Shown: positions 20,077 to 31,373 of the stretch, one piece after another
Position numbering within the stretch: position 1 is the stretch's first letter
How the letters are laid out: every line of letters begins with the position of its first letter
Source of the DNA: Hyphomicrobiales bacterium
Lineage (GTDB): Bacteria > Pseudomonadota > Alphaproteobacteria > Rhizobiales > WTKA01
Assembly: GCA_011524605.1 (NCBI GenBank)
Contig: WTKA01000037.1
Span: 1 to 58,521, forward strand
Reading direction: 5' to 3'
DNA length: 58,521 nt
Program-made: the position numbers and the translations under genes
Notes under the pieces: generated by a model
Seen by the model: the letters and a program-made list of their open reading frames with translations, nothing else
What the model was told of the DNA's origin: nothing
Database searches by the model: none

Positions 20077-21030
20077 CTAACCTAATGGAATAAGTGCTGA
20101 GGATATGAGATAAATTAAACCGCTTAATGTGAATATGCTCAACACGGTGCCAATTAATATAATTGAAAAAGCACGCTCTACATAAAGATTATATTGCTTT
20201 GCCAAAATAAATACATTCAACGCAGGTGGCAATGAAGCCATGATTAAAGCAGTATAAACCCAAACAGGTTCAAAAGGACCAAGCAACCTTAAACATATAT
20301 AAGTAAGAAGCGGATGCAAAATAAGCTTTATGAAAATTAAGACCGGTATATCAGCTGTCAATCTCTTCATGGGTCTGACTGCAATTGTAACCCCCATAAC
20401 AAAGAGCGCGGAAGGAGCGGCAGCATTTGATAAATAGCTAATCATCGTTTCTATCCATATCGGCATTTTCACTTCACTATAGGCGATTAGAACGCCTACG
20501 ATAGAGGCAATAATAAAAGGATGTGTCATTATATCTTTGATAGCCTTCAATGCTACTTTCAGATATTGCGTTGCTTTTCTCTTCGTTAATGCATGTGTGA
20601 ATGGCACCATTGTAAAATGGATAATATTATCAAAACAGAATATAAGAGCCGTTGGTATAGTTGCTTGCGGCCCCAATACGCTCAATGTTAGTGCAGGACC
20701 CATATAGCCAATATTAGAATAGGCACCCGCAATCCCCTGAATAGGCGCGACCTCTCTCTCTTTTCTATTCAATAGCATGCCTAAAAAATAAGAGAGTATA
20801 AAAGCTAAGACTGTTCCTAAGCTAGTTGCAAAGATAAAAGGCCAATTTGCCAACTGTTCAAAAGGGGTCTTTGCAATTATTTTTAATAATAAAGCAGGCA
20901 AAGCAACATAAACAACAAAAATATTCATCCATTGCAAGCCTTGCTCTGAATGACGCAATATTTTTCCTAATATGAAACCAACAAAAATAATGCTAAATAG
21001 GGGAAGAATAAGGGATATAATATAGATCAT
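20077..21030 (-). CDS. AEC (auxin efflux carrier) family transporter
   Basis: 317-aa polytopic membrane ORF of AEC-family size with a two-halves topology. Confidence 0.65.
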   Translation of the reverse strand: MIYIISLILPLFSIIFVGFILGKILRHSEQGLQWMNIFVVYVALPALLLKIIAKTPFEQLANWPFIFATSLGTVLAFILSYFLGMLLNRKEREVAPIQGIAGAYSNIGYMGPALTLSVLGPQATIPTALIFCFDNIIHFTMVPFTHALTKRKATQYLKVALKAIKDIMTHPFIIASIVGVLIAYSEVKMPIWIETMISYLSNAAAPSALFVMGVTIAVRPMKRLTADIPVLIFIKLILHPLLTYICLRLLGPFEPVWVYTALIMASLPPALNVFILAKQYNLYVERAFSIILIGTVLSIFTLSGLIYLISSALIPLG

Positions 21031-21175
21031 ACACTGTTATAGCCTGAAATTAATTTTTAAAACTATTTCAAAGAAATATATAAATGGCAAGGCGCAGCAC
21101 TGAAATTTTAGTGCTGTATTATAAAATATCAATTTATAACTTGTATATGAAAGAATATTTGAGTAATTGTGATTC

Positions 21176-21520
21176 ATGGATGTAGACAGCAAAAATATTA
21201 GAACAGCAAAATTTAGCATAGGTGCTATTGTTCGCCATAGAATCTACCCTTTTAGAGGTGTTATATTCGACGTTGATCCTCAATTTGACAATACAGAAGA
21301 ATGGTATGAAGCTATACCTGAGGAAATAAGACCGCATAAAGATCAGCCCTTTTATCATTTATTTGCAGAAAATGAAGAAGCTGAATATATCGCTTATGTT
21401 TCAGAGCAAAATCTATTACCAGACGAGAGCATTTGTCCAGTCAATCACACGCAAATCTCTGACTTTTTTTCTGGGTTTAAAGATGGTATCTACACGTTAA
21501 AAGAAGATATTTCCCATTAA
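21176..21520 (+). CDS. hspQ: Heat shock protein HspQ / hemimethylated-DNA-binding (YccV) family
   Basis: 114-aa ORF with the motif FSIGAIVRHRIYPFRGVIFDVDPQF characteristic of YccV/HspQ. Confidence 0.75.
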   Translation: MDVDSKNIRTAKFSIGAIVRHRIYPFRGVIFDVDPQFDNTEEWYEAIPEEIRPHKDQPFYHLFAENEEAEYIAYVSEQNLLPDESICPVNHTQISDFFSGFKDGIYTLKEDISH

Positions 21521-21568
21521 TTTTCAAACAAAATTTAATCGCCTCACAGCGAATATCAGGAGTTTATT

Positions 21569-22342
21569 ATGACATTTAATCCCCAAATTTTAGGTGATCA
21601 ATTTACTCAATCCATAATAGATTCCACCAGCTTAAGCGCGCTAGATGAAGAACAAAAACCAGCAAATTATGAACAAGCTTACGCGATACAAGACTATGTG
21701 TTTAATCAGCTGAATAGAAAATCTAGCGGTTGGAAAGTTGGATTAGGCAACAAGGCAGGTATGAATGCATTTAACCTTCCCTCGCCTGCGGCGGCTCGTA
21801 TGTATTCAGACAGCCTCTATGAAGTTGGCGAAACAATTGCTTTTGATCCCTTTTCAAAAATGGTGGTTGAGTTTGAAATAATATATAAAATTAAAAATAG
21901 AATTTCCCCAACAACAAAAATTGAAAATCCATTTGATTTTGTTGAATCCACTCATCTTGGCTTTGAACTTATACAGCCTCATATTAATGATTGGAAAACC
22001 CACGGCGCTTATCCTTTTGTTGCCGAAGGCATTGGTTTTTCAGCACTTGTTATTGACCCTGAACCCATGAAAATATCTCAGGCTGAACTATTAAACTCTA
22101 TCGAAATATATTGTGACAATGAAGTGCAGGCAAAAGCTGCAACGGGTGATAATGGTGTTGATCCTGAAGAAATGCTGCAATTTTTAATTTCACACTGCCA
22201 AGATAATGGTCACACCATACAAGCTGGTGATCTTATCTCTTCTGGCACCCAGACAGAGCAATTTGCAGTAACTATAGAAGATCATAAAATTGAAGCTAAA
22301 TGGAATGGCGGCGCAACGCATTTTACAATGACGGCGAAATGA
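21569..22342 (+). CDS. FAH-superfamily hydratase (2-keto-4-pentenoate hydratase-like)
   Basis: 257-aa ORF with AYAIQ, GWKVGLG and VEFEI motifs resembling the MhpD/HpcG hydratase family. The assignment is tentative. Confidence 0.5.
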   Translation: MTFNPQILGDQFTQSIIDSTSLSALDEEQKPANYEQAYAIQDYVFNQLNRKSSGWKVGLGNKAGMNAFNLPSPAAARMYSDSLYEVGETIAFDPFSKMVVEFEIIYKIKNRISPTTKIENPFDFVESTHLGFELIQPHINDWKTHGAYPFVAEGIGFSALVIDPEPMKISQAELLNSIEIYCDNEVQAKAATGDNGVDPEEMLQFLISHCQDNGHTIQAGDLISSGTQTEQFAVTIEDHKIEAKWNGGATHFTMTAK

Positions 22343-22349
22343 TCACCCT

Positions 22350-22811
22350 ATGCTCTCTTCAATAATCTATATCGATGCCGATGCCTGCCCCGTAAAAGAT
22401 GAGGCATTAAAAGTTGCCGCAAGACACGGGGTCAAAGTCGTGGTTGTTTCAAATGGAGGGCTTAGACCCAGTCGTAATCCACTTATAGAACATGTCATTG
22501 TCGCAAAGGACAGTGATGCAGCTGACGATTATATCGCTGAAAAAGCAGTAAAAAATGACATCATACTCACTGCTGATATTCCTTTAGCAGCTAGAGGCTT
22601 GGAAAAAGAGGCTCTCGTTCTTAATTTCAATGGGAAAACATTCACCCAAGCAGATATCGGTATGAAATTAGCTATGCGTGAACTTAACCAACATTTAAGA
22701 GATAGCGGAGCAATTAAAGGATATAATCGGCCTTTTAGCCCTAAAGATCGCTCAGAATTTCTACAAAAGCTTGAAAATACCATCCAGCAGCTAAAAAAGC
22801 AGAATATCTGA
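22350..22811 (+). CDS. YaiI/YqxD family protein (UPF0178)
   Basis: 153-aa ORF with the N-terminal IYIDADACPVK motif typical of UPF0178. Confidence 0.75.
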   Translation: MLSSIIYIDADACPVKDEALKVAARHGVKVVVVSNGGLRPSRNPLIEHVIVAKDSDAADDYIAEKAVKNDIILTADIPLAARGLEKEALVLNFNGKTFTQADIGMKLAMRELNQHLRDSGAIKGYNRPFSPKDRSEFLQKLENTIQQLKKQNI

Positions 22812-24167
22812 TTACTCACTCTTTCCCACGGTAATGATTGTTAATTTAGCATCATCAACAATGCGCTTAGCAGCCCTCTTTATATCCTCAATTGTTACTG
22901 CATCAATCAAAGCAGCGCGATCCGTTATATAATCTGTGCTAAGCCCCTGAGACTTTAACCCTGTAAGCTGGCCTGCAATTTTGCTAGATGTATCAAAACG
23001 CAAAGGGTAAGATCCTTTTAAATAGGTTTTAGCTTCATCTAATTCTGTTTGACTTGGTCCTTCTTCTGCCATCTTGTTAATTTGCTCTTGTATCACATCA
23101 ATGCTTGTTTGCGCTCTGGCTTGCTCTGTTGCGACACCGCCCATCAAGATACCACTATGATCTAGTGGGTATAAAAAGGAATAAACTGAATAAGCAAGCC
23201 CTCTATTTTCCCTCACCTCTTCATATAACCAAGATGTGAACGAACCGCCACCTAAAATGTGATTCATAATAAAAGCGGGAATGAAATCAGGGTCATCACG
23301 TAAAATTGCAGGGCGACCAAATCTAATGACAGTTTGTGGCACATCAAGCTCTACATGCACAGGCTCGCTAAGTACTTTTGGCTCAACCATAGGCACAGAA
23401 ACATAATCAGCTTCTTTTGGCAAAGAACCAAAAATAGCATCAACAAGCTCCCCTGCCCTTTCTTTAGAAATAGCACCCACAATAGATAGAGATAAGCCTT
23501 CTTGTCTAAAAACTGAGTTATGAATATCTTTTAAATCTTGCGATGTAATTGCTTCAACACTTTCAATAGAACCCTTTACTGGCCTTGCATAGACATGATC
23601 TTCGTAAGCGGAGCGAAACCATTCCTTGCCGGCGATCGTATTTGGATCAAATTGTGAAGAGCGAATAGAAGCTAAAATTTGTTGACGTACGCGCTCTACT
23701 GGCTCCTCATCAAATCTAGGCTTGTTTAAAGCAAGGCTAGCAAGATTTTCAGCATCTGTTAAATTGTCAGAAAGCGTTTTTATAGTCCCTGTAAATTGAT
23801 CTAGACCCGCATCAAAAGACATTTTTACCTGCGTTTCTTCTAACGCTTGTTGAAATGCCTCAGAAGTCATATCTCCCGCTCCTTCATCTAGCAAACCAGA
23901 GAGCAAATAGGCTGTTCCCTCTTTGCCAGCTGCATCGCGCACACTGCCTTGCTTAAAACTAAATTTTACAGTTACAAGAGGAAGGGTATGACTTTCGACA
24001 AGCCAATATTCTATCCCTTTAGCTGATTCTAAAGTTTGAACTTCAAAGGCTTTTGATGATTGAGACATAAATAATTGCCCTAACATAATGAAAGAAATTA
24101 AGAATAATTTATGCAAAATTTTGCATAAAAATGTTGGTTCAAATTTATTTGAGTTGGCTACTAACAT
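22812..24167 (-). CDS. M16 (pitrilysin) family peptidase, non-catalytic-type subunit
   Basis: 451-aa ORF with a signal peptide and the M16 fold pattern. The HxxEH position reads AYLLSGLLDEG, so the zinc motif is absent. Confidence 0.75.
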   Translation of the reverse strand: MLVANSNKFEPTFLCKILHKLFLISFIMLGQLFMSQSSKAFEVQTLESAKGIEYWLVESHTLPLVTVKFSFKQGSVRDAAGKEGTAYLLSGLLDEGAGDMTSEAFQQALEETQVKMSFDAGLDQFTGTIKTLSDNLTDAENLASLALNKPRFDEEPVERVRQQILASIRSSQFDPNTIAGKEWFRSAYEDHVYARPVKGSIESVEAITSQDLKDIHNSVFRQEGLSLSIVGAISKERAGELVDAIFGSLPKEADYVSVPMVEPKVLSEPVHVELDVPQTVIRFGRPAILRDDPDFIPAFIMNHILGGGSFTSWLYEEVRENRGLAYSVYSFLYPLDHSGILMGGVATEQARAQTSIDVIQEQINKMAEEGPSQTELDEAKTYLKGSYPLRFDTSSKIAGQLTGLKSQGLSTDYITDRAALIDAVTIEDIKRAAKRIVDDAKLTIITVGKSE

Positions 24168-24172
24168 TGTTG

Positions 24173-25555
24173 TTAATCTGCCTTATTTTGCTTTAAATTT
24201 GCGACAAGATAGCTATGCAATGGTATGAGGCTTTGCGCCGCTTCTTTCACATCTTCTGTCGTCACTTTTTTAATAATTGACAGGCTTTTTTGAATATCAT
24301 CAATATCACGCCCCGTCGTTAAAGCAACGCCAACCATGCGCGCAAGGCGGGATTGGTCATCTTGAGCATAAATTTCACCGGCTATGAAGCGATTTTTAAT
24401 TTTTTCAAGCTCTTCGTCGGTAACACCATTTTCAATAATAGCTGAAAGTTGCTCAAGCAGAATATTTTTCATCTCTTCAAGGCTAATGTCTTTTGGGACA
24501 CCATAAAGGCCAAAACGAGAATAATCATAGCTGCTATCATAAAAATAAGCGCCAGCAGATGTCGCTACAGCTTCTTCAACAACAAGATTTTTGTAAAGAT
24601 GGCTGGTTGTACCACTCCCTAAAATTTGAGCAAATAATTTTAATGACGCGCTTTGAATATCGCTTAATTGCTTATGACCTGGCAATAAAAACATGATCTG
24701 AGTATAAGGTTCACCGGCTTTTTCATCAATAACTTCAACCGTTTTTATGCCAAATACAGGTGGTTCTTGCGGCCTTTCTCTCACAGCTTCAATAGTAGAA
24801 GAGCTTGGAATGACTGCATAAGTATCTTCAGCTAATGCAGAAACTTCTTCCAAGTCTACATCCCCTGCAACAATTAAAATTGCATTTTTAGGATCATAAT
24901 ATTGCTTATAAAAATTAAGAGCATCTTCTCTATTGAGCTGTTCAATTTCATGTTCCCAGCCAATGATCGGGATTCCATAAGGATGAGCCATGAATAAAGC
25001 TGCATCTGTTAGCTCCCCTAATTGAGCAGCTGGCGAGTTATCAACACGGCTTTTTCTCTCTTCTAATACAACATCGCGTTCTGTTGTAACCGCATCATCA
25101 GATAAAATCAGATTTGTCATTCTATCTGCTTCCATTCTCATTAATAATGGAAGATGTTCTTTCGATACACGCTGATAATAGGCTGTGTAATCTTGACTTG
25201 TGAAGGCGTTTTCCTGCCCACCTAAGGAGGCAACAATTTTTGAAAATTCACCATCAGGATAGTTGGTTGTGCCTTTAAACATTAAATGTTCTAAAAAATG
25301 CGCTATACCTGATTTTTTTACAGGCTCATCAGCACCACCTACTTTGTACCATACCATATGGGTTACAACGGGAGCTCTTCTATCTTCGACAACGACAATT
25401 TGCATGCCATTATCGAGCATTTTTGTAGAGATTGGATATGGCGCATTATTTGAATTATCCATATTACGCTCAACTTTACCAGCGTTGGCGGGGATATGAG
25501 AAGGTAAATTCAATAATACAGCCATTAAAATCATCCATTTCATATAGGGTTTCAT
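24173..25555 (-). CDS. M16 family zinc metallopeptidase (catalytic-type subunit)
   Basis: 460-aa ORF with a signal peptide and an intact inverted zinc motif HFLEHLMFKG. It lies 5 nt upstream of its partner M16 gene. Confidence 0.82.
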   Translation of the reverse strand: MKPYMKWMILMAVLLNLPSHIPANAGKVERNMDNSNNAPYPISTKMLDNGMQIVVVEDRRAPVVTHMVWYKVGGADEPVKKSGIAHFLEHLMFKGTTNYPDGEFSKIVASLGGQENAFTSQDYTAYYQRVSKEHLPLLMRMEADRMTNLILSDDAVTTERDVVLEERKSRVDNSPAAQLGELTDAALFMAHPYGIPIIGWEHEIEQLNREDALNFYKQYYDPKNAILIVAGDVDLEEVSALAEDTYAVIPSSSTIEAVRERPQEPPVFGIKTVEVIDEKAGEPYTQIMFLLPGHKQLSDIQSASLKLFAQILGSGTTSHLYKNLVVEEAVATSAGAYFYDSSYDYSRFGLYGVPKDISLEEMKNILLEQLSAIIENGVTDEELEKIKNRFIAGEIYAQDDQSRLARMVGVALTTGRDIDDIQKSLSIIKKVTTEDVKEAAQSLIPLHSYLVANLKQNKAD

Positions 25556-25712
25556 TAGGCTACACCCTTGCTTATGTTGTATTTGTTATAATTCTTATCT
25601 TAAGTAATCCTTGCAACTCATTTTACAAGACTCATATGATCTATAAGTAATAAGTTTCACTTTAATTTTTCGTGATACTTCGTGATTAAAAAACCGTTAT
25701 TCCTTTATATTG

Positions 25713-26258
25713 CTAGAAAGGAAACAATTTTTTCTTTTTAACTACCGCATTAGCAGCAAGATCATCTGCATTTTCTGCTGTTAAATCAGGTTCTAATAGT
25801 TTACTGGAAGGCAAATCAGAAGAAGAAGCAATTGGGTTGGCTAAATCTAGCCTCTTTAACTGCTGGTCTACTTCAATAAAACGTGAATATACTTCTCTTT
25901 GAGATGGGGAATAAATGCCAGTATTTTGATATTTACTAGTGCTTTTAATTTCCTCTAACTCTTTTTCCAAAGCTTTGAATTCAGCACGCAATTTATCTCT
26001 TTCAGAAGCCCATTGCTTATCTGCATTACTGATTGAGACAGGCGTAGGCAAATCATCCGTTGCTGGCATAACTAAAGGCGCGCGTCTTTTATATTCAATA
26101 TCTTCTTGATCAGGCTTTATGCCAACAATCCCTAACACAAGAGAACTTGCTGGGTTTTGATCTCCAGTTATTAGTTCTTGTGAAACCCCTTTTCCAGACG
26201 AACAACCGGCAACAAAGATAGCCAGTAAAAATAATGAAAACACATGTTTAAATGACAT
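25713..26258 (-). CDS. Lipoprotein of unknown function
   Basis: 181-aa ORF with a canonical lipobox (LLAIFVAGCSS). It occupies a conserved position between lspA and the M16 peptidase pair. Confidence 0.6.
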   Translation of the reverse strand: MSFKHVFSLFLLAIFVAGCSSGKGVSQELITGDQNPASSLVLGIVGIKPDQEDIEYKRRAPLVMPATDDLPTPVSISNADKQWASERDKLRAEFKALEKELEEIKSTSKYQNTGIYSPSQREVYSRFIEVDQQLKRLDLANPIASSSDLPSSKLLEPDLTAENADDLAANAVVKKKKLFPF

Positions 26259-26390
26259 AATGATTTTCCAAAACCTTAATATTTCACTTCGCTGAAACTT
26301 AACAGAATTAACAGCAGAATGAAATTCTTTATATTATAATAGTTAATTCCATTAATCTCTTATTTTTTAATGGCAAGACTAAGGCGAAAA

Positions 26391-26876
26391 CTATTGCCTT
26401 TTTTGCAAGAAAAACATGAAATATGCTAAAATGCAAGCACCCATAACGATGTAAACATCCGCAAGATTAAAGATATACCAATGAAAAGTATTGTAGTGAA
26501 GAGCGACAAAATCAACAACAGCGCCGTGATATATACGATCAAAGCTATTGCCTAAAGCCCCGCCTAATATCAACGTAAGCCCCCATTTCTCAATAGAATT
26601 TTGTGTTGATAACAGCCATCGCGATAGAAATACACATAGGCCAAGCATCAGTGCAACCAACGCCCAACGTGCCAACTGTGAATCACTTGTAAATAAAGAA
26701 TAGCTTACCCCCTTATTCCACACGAGAATAAAATCCATGAAAGGCAGGATAGTAACGCGCCCTTTCGCACCTAAATCATAGCCTAGTAACAGCCAAAATT
26801 TAGAGATAATATCACTCAAGGCTAACACAATAACAGGCCAGCATAAGGCGAAATAGCGCATATTATTTCTCACCAT
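26391..26876 (-). CDS. lspA: Lipoprotein signal peptidase (signal peptidase II)
   Basis: 161-aa four-helix membrane ORF with NKG/NxxDR motifs (WNKGVSYS, GNSFDRIYHG, FNLADV). It sits immediately downstream of ileS. Confidence 0.88.
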   Translation of the reverse strand: MVRNNMRYFALCWPVIVLALSDIISKFWLLLGYDLGAKGRVTILPFMDFILVWNKGVSYSLFTSDSQLARWALVALMLGLCVFLSRWLLSTQNSIEKWGLTLILGGALGNSFDRIYHGAVVDFVALHYNTFHWYIFNLADVYIVMGACILAYFMFFLQKRQ

Positions 26877-26881
26877 CTTTA

Positions 26882-29842
26882 TTAAAGTCGACCTAAAGAG
26901 GCAAGCTCTCTTAATGCATCAGCATCACGAAGTGATACATCTTTATATTCTTTGTCTGTACCAACTTCAGGCAGAACTTTCCATGACCGCGCACATTTCT
27001 GCCCTTCAGCTAAGCCTGTTACCACACCAACGCCGGAGACGTCATCTAACTTAAAGCTATTTGCGGGCGCAGCTGTTTCATGAACGTTTAAAGCACTAAC
27101 AATACAAATATCATCCATATCTTGCTCAGATATCGCCTTAAGCAAGTCTTGATCTGTTATATAAAGATCAATTTTCGCCTCTAATGATGATCCTATTGCC
27201 TTTTCTCTACGATCAATTTCAAGTGCACCGGTAACAACTTTGCGTACTGTTTTAATCTTAAGCCATTTTTGCTGCAGCGCTTCATCTAACCAATGCTCGT
27301 GGCAATCAGGGAATTGCTGTAAATGAATAGAACTAGCTTCTTCGCCATAACGTGACATCCAGCACTCCTCAGCTGTAAAGCAAAGTATAGGAGACATCCA
27401 TATGACTAAACGATCAAATATTTTATCTAAAACATTTAAACAAGCACGACGGCGCAATGATGAAGGTGAATCACAATAAAGAGCATCTTTTCGAATATCA
27501 AAGTAAAAAGCGGATAAATCCAACGTCATGAAATTAAATAATGTTGAGAAGACACGTTTAAAATCAAATTTTTCATAGCCAGACTTTACAATAGATTCTA
27601 GCTCAACAAGCCTATGCAACATCACCTTTTCAAGTTCTGGCATGTCTTCATAGGCAATATCATCATTTTTTGCATCATAATGATGTAAAGAACCAAGCAT
27701 CCAACGCAATGTATTTCGTAATTTTCTATAGGCATCTACATTTGTTTTGATAATTTCATCGCCAATACGCTGATCTTCTGCATAATCAATTGAAGCGACC
27801 CAAAGACGTAAAATATCCGCTCCATATTGCTTAATAACTTCTTGTGGTTGAATCACATTCTTCAGTGATTTTGACATTTTCCGCCCATCAGCTGCCATGG
27901 TAAAGCCGTGGGTTACTACTGTATCATAAGGCGCGATACCTCTTGTTCCGCAGCTTTCTAATAAGGATGAATGGAACCAACCGCGATGCTGGTCTGTACC
28001 TTCGAGATAGATGACATGGTCTTCACCACCATTCACTTTACGATTTGGTTTAAGGTCGTCACGCTGTTCAAGGCAAAATGCATGGGTTGACCCTGAATCA
28101 AACCATACATCTAAGATATCATCGACTTTTTCCCAATCATCTATATTATCAACAAAGCCTTCTAAGAACCTACTTTTGGCATCGTCAGCAAACCAAGCAT
28201 CAGCTCCTTCTTGAGCAAAAATATCAAATATGCGTTGTGTTAAAGCGTCATTCTCAGCGAAATCAACACCAGGGATAATTTGCCCTGTATCTTTGTTCAA
28301 AAAGACAGCGATAGGCACGCCCCAAGCACGCTGGCGTGAAATAACCCAATCAGGCCTAGTTTCAATCATAGCGCGCAAACGATTTTGACCCGTTTTAGGA
28401 ACGAAATTTGTTTCATCAATCGCTTTCAATGCTTTAGCACGCAGGCCTTCAGCATCTTTTTCATCTTCCATAGAAATGAACCATTGTGGTGTATTTCTAA
28501 AAATGATAGGTTTTTTAGAACGCCAAGAATGCGGATAGCTATGCTTTAATCTTCCACGAGCAAATAGGCAGTTAGTAGCGATCAATTCTGCAATTACAGA
28601 TTTGTTGGCATCGCCCTTCTTACCCTTATCATCAATAACACGCGCTGCACCGCCATCACGGTCTGGACCAAATCCTGGTGCATCTTTTGTGTAAAAGCCA
28701 GCATCGTCCACAGTGAAAGGAATACTTGTATCAATATCCGCTTTTTTCAAATTACCAGTATTGGACATCCAAATCTCAAAGTCATCACGACCATGACTTG
28801 GCGCTGTATGAACAAAACCAGTACCAGCCTCATCCGTAACATGGTCTCCATCTAAGAGAGGAACAACAAATTCATACCCACCAGCAAAGCCCTTTAAGGG
28901 ATGCGCACAGTCAAATTTAGCAAATTGCTCAGCGCTCACATCGGCAACTTTTTTTGCTTCTAATTTGGCTTTCTCAAAGCAAGATTGCGCTAAATTATCA
29001 GCGATAATAAATTTGTCCCCGCTTTGAGGGCCAAAATCATTTTCAACGCCCGTAATTTCATAAAGCCCATAGGCAATTTTAGAGGAATAACAAATGGCTC
29101 TGTTACAAGGAATCGTCCAAGGGGTTGTTGTCCAGATGACAATCTTTGCGTCTTTAAAGCTATCATCATTTGTAACTACTGGAAATGATACCCATACAGC
29201 ATCTGATTCATAGTCTTCATATTCAATTTCAGCTTCCGCAAGGGCTGTTCGCTCAACAACAGACCACATCACAGGTTTAGAGCCGCGGTAGAGCTGGCCT
29301 GTTTGGGCAAACTTCAATAATTCATTAGCTATATGAGCTTCAGCTTTATAATTCATCGTGAGATAGGGATCATCCCAATCTCCGATCACACCAAGGCGTT
29401 TGAATTCTTCTTTTTGAATACCAACCCAATGACTTGCAAAGTCACGACATTCATTACGAAACTCATTAATAGGAACTTCGTCTTTGTTTCGCCCTTTAGC
29501 GCGATATTTTTCTTCAATTTTCCACTCAATCGGCAATCCATGGCAATCCCAACCAGGGACATAATTGCTATCATAACCCATCATTTGCATAGATTTTGTT
29601 ATAATATCTTTCAAAGTCTTATTCAAAGCATGACCAATATGCAAATGACCATTAGCATAAGGAGGGCCGTCATGAAGCAGCATTTTCGCGCGACCTTTGG
29701 CCTGCTCACGTAGCTTTTCATAAAGCTTTCCATCTTCCCATTTTTTCACAAAATCAGGCTCACGCTTTGGCAACCCTGCCCGCATTGGGAATTCTGTTTG
29801 GGGAAGATTTAAAGTCTTTGAATAATCGAGTTCACTCATCAT
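26882..29842 (-). CDS. ileS: Isoleucine--tRNA ligase
   Basis: HIGH (GHLHIGHAL) and KMSKS (RKMSKSL) motifs. The ORF is open to 29914, but the conserved N-terminus starts at [22 protein letters not shown], so the start is placed at 29842 (or 29839). Confidence 0.92.
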   Translation of the reverse strand: MMSELDYSKTLNLPQTEFPMRAGLPKREPDFVKKWEDGKLYEKLREQAKGRAKMLLHDGPPYANGHLHIGHALNKTLKDIITKSMQMMGYDSNYVPGWDCHGLPIEWKIEEKYRAKGRNKDEVPINEFRNECRDFASHWVGIQKEEFKRLGVIGDWDDPYLTMNYKAEAHIANELLKFAQTGQLYRGSKPVMWSVVERTALAEAEIEYEDYESDAVWVSFPVVTNDDSFKDAKIVIWTTTPWTIPCNRAICYSSKIAYGLYEITGVENDFGPQSGDKFIIADNLAQSCFEKAKLEAKKVADVSAEQFAKFDCAHPLKGFAGGYEFVVPLLDGDHVTDEAGTGFVHTAPSHGRDDFEIWMSNTGNLKKADIDTSIPFTVDDAGFYTKDAPGFGPDRDGGAARVIDDKGKKGDANKSVIAELIATNCLFARGRLKHSYPHSWRSKKPIIFRNTPQWFISMEDEKDAEGLRAKALKAIDETNFVPKTGQNRLRAMIETRPDWVISRQRAWGVPIAVFLNKDTGQIIPGVDFAENDALTQRIFDIFAQEGADAWFADDAKSRFLEGFVDNIDDWEKVDDILDVWFDSGSTHAFCLEQRDDLKPNRKVNGGEDHVIYLEGTDQHRGWFHSSLLESCGTRGIAPYDTVVTHGFTMAADGRKMSKSLKNVIQPQEVIKQYGADILRLWVASIDYAEDQRIGDEIIKTNVDAYRKLRNTLRWMLGSLHHYDAKNDDIAYEDMPELEKVMLHRLVELESIVKSGYEKFDFKRVFSTLFNFMTLDLSAFYFDIRKDALYCDSPSSLRRRACLNVLDKIFDRLVIWMSPILCFTAEECWMSRYGEEASSIHLQQFPDCHEHWLDEALQQKWLKIKTVRKVVTGALEIDRREKAIGSSLEAKIDLYITDQDLLKAISEQDMDDICIVSALNVHETAAPANSFKLDDVSGVGVVTGLAEGQKCARSWKVLPEVGTDKEYKDVSLRDADALRELASLGRL

Positions 29843-29956
29843 TTTTTTCCATTCATGCCATGCATAAATATTTTTAGTTATTATTTTCAATAATCGCTTT
29901 TGATATAAGATCAAATTTTCATGTACATAATTTAGATAAATTAGAACATGTCCTGA

Positions 29957-30910
29957 TCAAATATTTAAAGCAAGTGTTTTTCTTGCTTGATCGCTATCAC
30001 GATCCATCTGTGTAATCAAGGATTCGACACTATCAAAGTCCAATTCAGGTCTTTGCCAATCAATAAGCTCAATCTTTAAGGTCTTGCCATATATTTCGCT
30101 CTTAAAATCAAAAATATGCACTTCAAACAAAGGCTCACCATTATCAAATACCGGACGGCGACCATAGCTTGCGACGCCACCATAGATATTGCCATCATAT
30201 TGAATGCGAACTGCATAGATGCCAAATGCTAAATTCATATCTTTGCGCAAATGCAAGTTAGCCGTGGGATAGCCTAGGTCACGCCCCCGCTTGTCTCCAT
30301 GATAAACTTGCGAAGTGAAAGACCAAAAGCGTCCTAGTAATGCATTTGCTTCTTTTACGCACCCTGTTGACAGCAAATTTCTTATATAAGAAGAGGAAAT
30401 ATCAATTGACTGATCATTTGATAATTTATCTATCGCATTGATTATCACATTATGGGGCTTAGCTAGTCTTTGTAATAAGCTTACATCGCCTTTTCGGCCT
30501 TTTCCAAAATGGAAATCAGTGCCAACAAAAATCTCTCTTGCATTTAATTTTTCAAATAAAACATCTAACACAAAATTTTCAGCCTCTAATTGGCTTAAAG
30601 CAGCATCAAAATCCAATATAATGACTTCATCGATAGCTTGATCTATTAACAGCTGTTTTTTTTCATGAGCAAGTGTTAGTCTTTGCATCGGTGTAGAGGG
30701 GTTGAAAAAAGCCCGGGGATGCGGTTCAAATGTTAATATAGTTGATTTAAGCTCTTTTTGTTTTGATATTTCAACGCATTTTTCCAAAACAGCTTGATGG
30801 CCAAGATGCACGCCATCAAAATTGCCAATCGCAATACATCTGTGTTGTTTTGCATCAACACGATTAGATAAATCATTATATGAATATATATCAAACATAG
30901 CCATCTCCAA
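29957..30910 (-). CDS. ribF: Bifunctional riboflavin kinase / FAD synthetase
   Basis: 317-aa ORF with the FAD-synthetase motif IGNFDGVHLGHQ and a C-terminal riboflavin kinase domain (GYPTANL). It is upstream of ileS as in many bacteria. Confidence 0.9.
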   Translation of the reverse strand: MEMAMFDIYSYNDLSNRVDAKQHRCIAIGNFDGVHLGHQAVLEKCVEISKQKELKSTILTFEPHPRAFFNPSTPMQRLTLAHEKKQLLIDQAIDEVIILDFDAALSQLEAENFVLDVLFEKLNAREIFVGTDFHFGKGRKGDVSLLQRLAKPHNVIINAIDKLSNDQSIDISSSYIRNLLSTGCVKEANALLGRFWSFTSQVYHGDKRGRDLGYPTANLHLRKDMNLAFGIYAVRIQYDGNIYGGVASYGRRPVFDNGEPLFEVHIFDFKSEIYGKTLKIELIDWQRPELDFDSVESLITQMDRDSDQARKTLALNI

Positions 30911-30995
30911 GCTTATCCTTTAAGCAAGCCAAACCAGATATGCAAGTCTATTTAAACAAAGATGCGCTGCGTTATAATCAAGTCAACTATATATG

Positions 30996-31063
30996 CCATG
31001 CATTTTACGCAACGCTGCGCTGCAATAGTAGCACTTAACACAAGCACTAAAAAAGAGTACCCG
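30996..31063 (+). promoter_or_regulatory. Conserved 45-bp upstream box + promoter-like element, copy 1 (degenerate -10)
   Basis: CCATGCATTTTACGCAACGCTGCGCTGCAATAGTAGCACTTAACA ends in a TTAACA -35-like hexamer (31035-31040). Seventeen nt downstream reads TACCCG, a poor -10. Confidence 0.4.
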
Positions 31064-31126
31064 TTCAAGCAAGAAATAACAAATATTATACACATAATGA
31101 TATTATAAAATATCGGAGATATGCAA

Positions 31127-31273
31127 ATGAAAAACTCTTTATTACAATATAAAAAATGGCGTGCTTACAGAAAAAATGTAAATGAACTTTCTGCACTTTC
31201 AAATAAAGATTTACACGATTTAGGCATTAATCGCTATGATATTAAACGAGTTTGTAAACAGTCTGCGTTATAA
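31127..31273 (+). CDS. DUF1127 small protein, copy 1 (48 aa)
   Basis: Hand translation gives MKNSLLQYKKWRAYRKNVNELSALSNKDLHDLGINRYDIKRVCKQSAL. GGAG lies 8 nt upstream of the ATG. It matches the DUF1127 pattern (basic W-R-x-Y-R, L-S-x-L-x-D-L-G-I-x-R-x-D-I) and falls below the ORF-track size cutoff. Confidence 0.8.
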   Translation: MKNSLLQYKKWRAYRKNVNELSALSNKDLHDLGINRYDIKRVCKQSAL

Positions 31274-31297
31274 TTAAAGATTGTTTAGAAGATAGAT

Positions 31298-31373
31298 ATA
31301 TTTGGCTATTATCTCTCCAACCTGTCAAATATTTTTATAAAGACCCTTAGTTTCGGCTGAGGGTTTTTCTTTT
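31298..31373 (+). ncRNA. 3'-UTR two-hairpin module, copy 1 (CcsR/cuckoo-like, loop motifs degenerate) including terminator
   Basis: Hairpin 1 has stem 31298-31306 / 31324-31332 and loop TATTATCTCTCCAACCT. The terminator is CCCTTAG-TTTCGG-CTGAGGG followed by TTTTTCTTTT. The CCUCCUCC motif is eroded to CUCUCC or lost. Confidence 0.5.

Noticed and set aside
25669-25686. Direct repeat TTCGTGAT-N2-TTCGTGAT (10-bp phasing) upstream of the M16 peptidase operon
   Set aside because: An exact 8-mer repeat at one fixed offset is expected about once by chance in 58 kb. With no second copy or other supporting context, I do not report it as a binding site.
29843-29914. 24-codon N-terminal extension of the ileS ORF ([24 protein letters not shown])
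   Set aside because: It is not part of the conserved IleRS N-terminus, which begins at [13 protein letters not shown]. It is most likely just open frame upstream of the true start.
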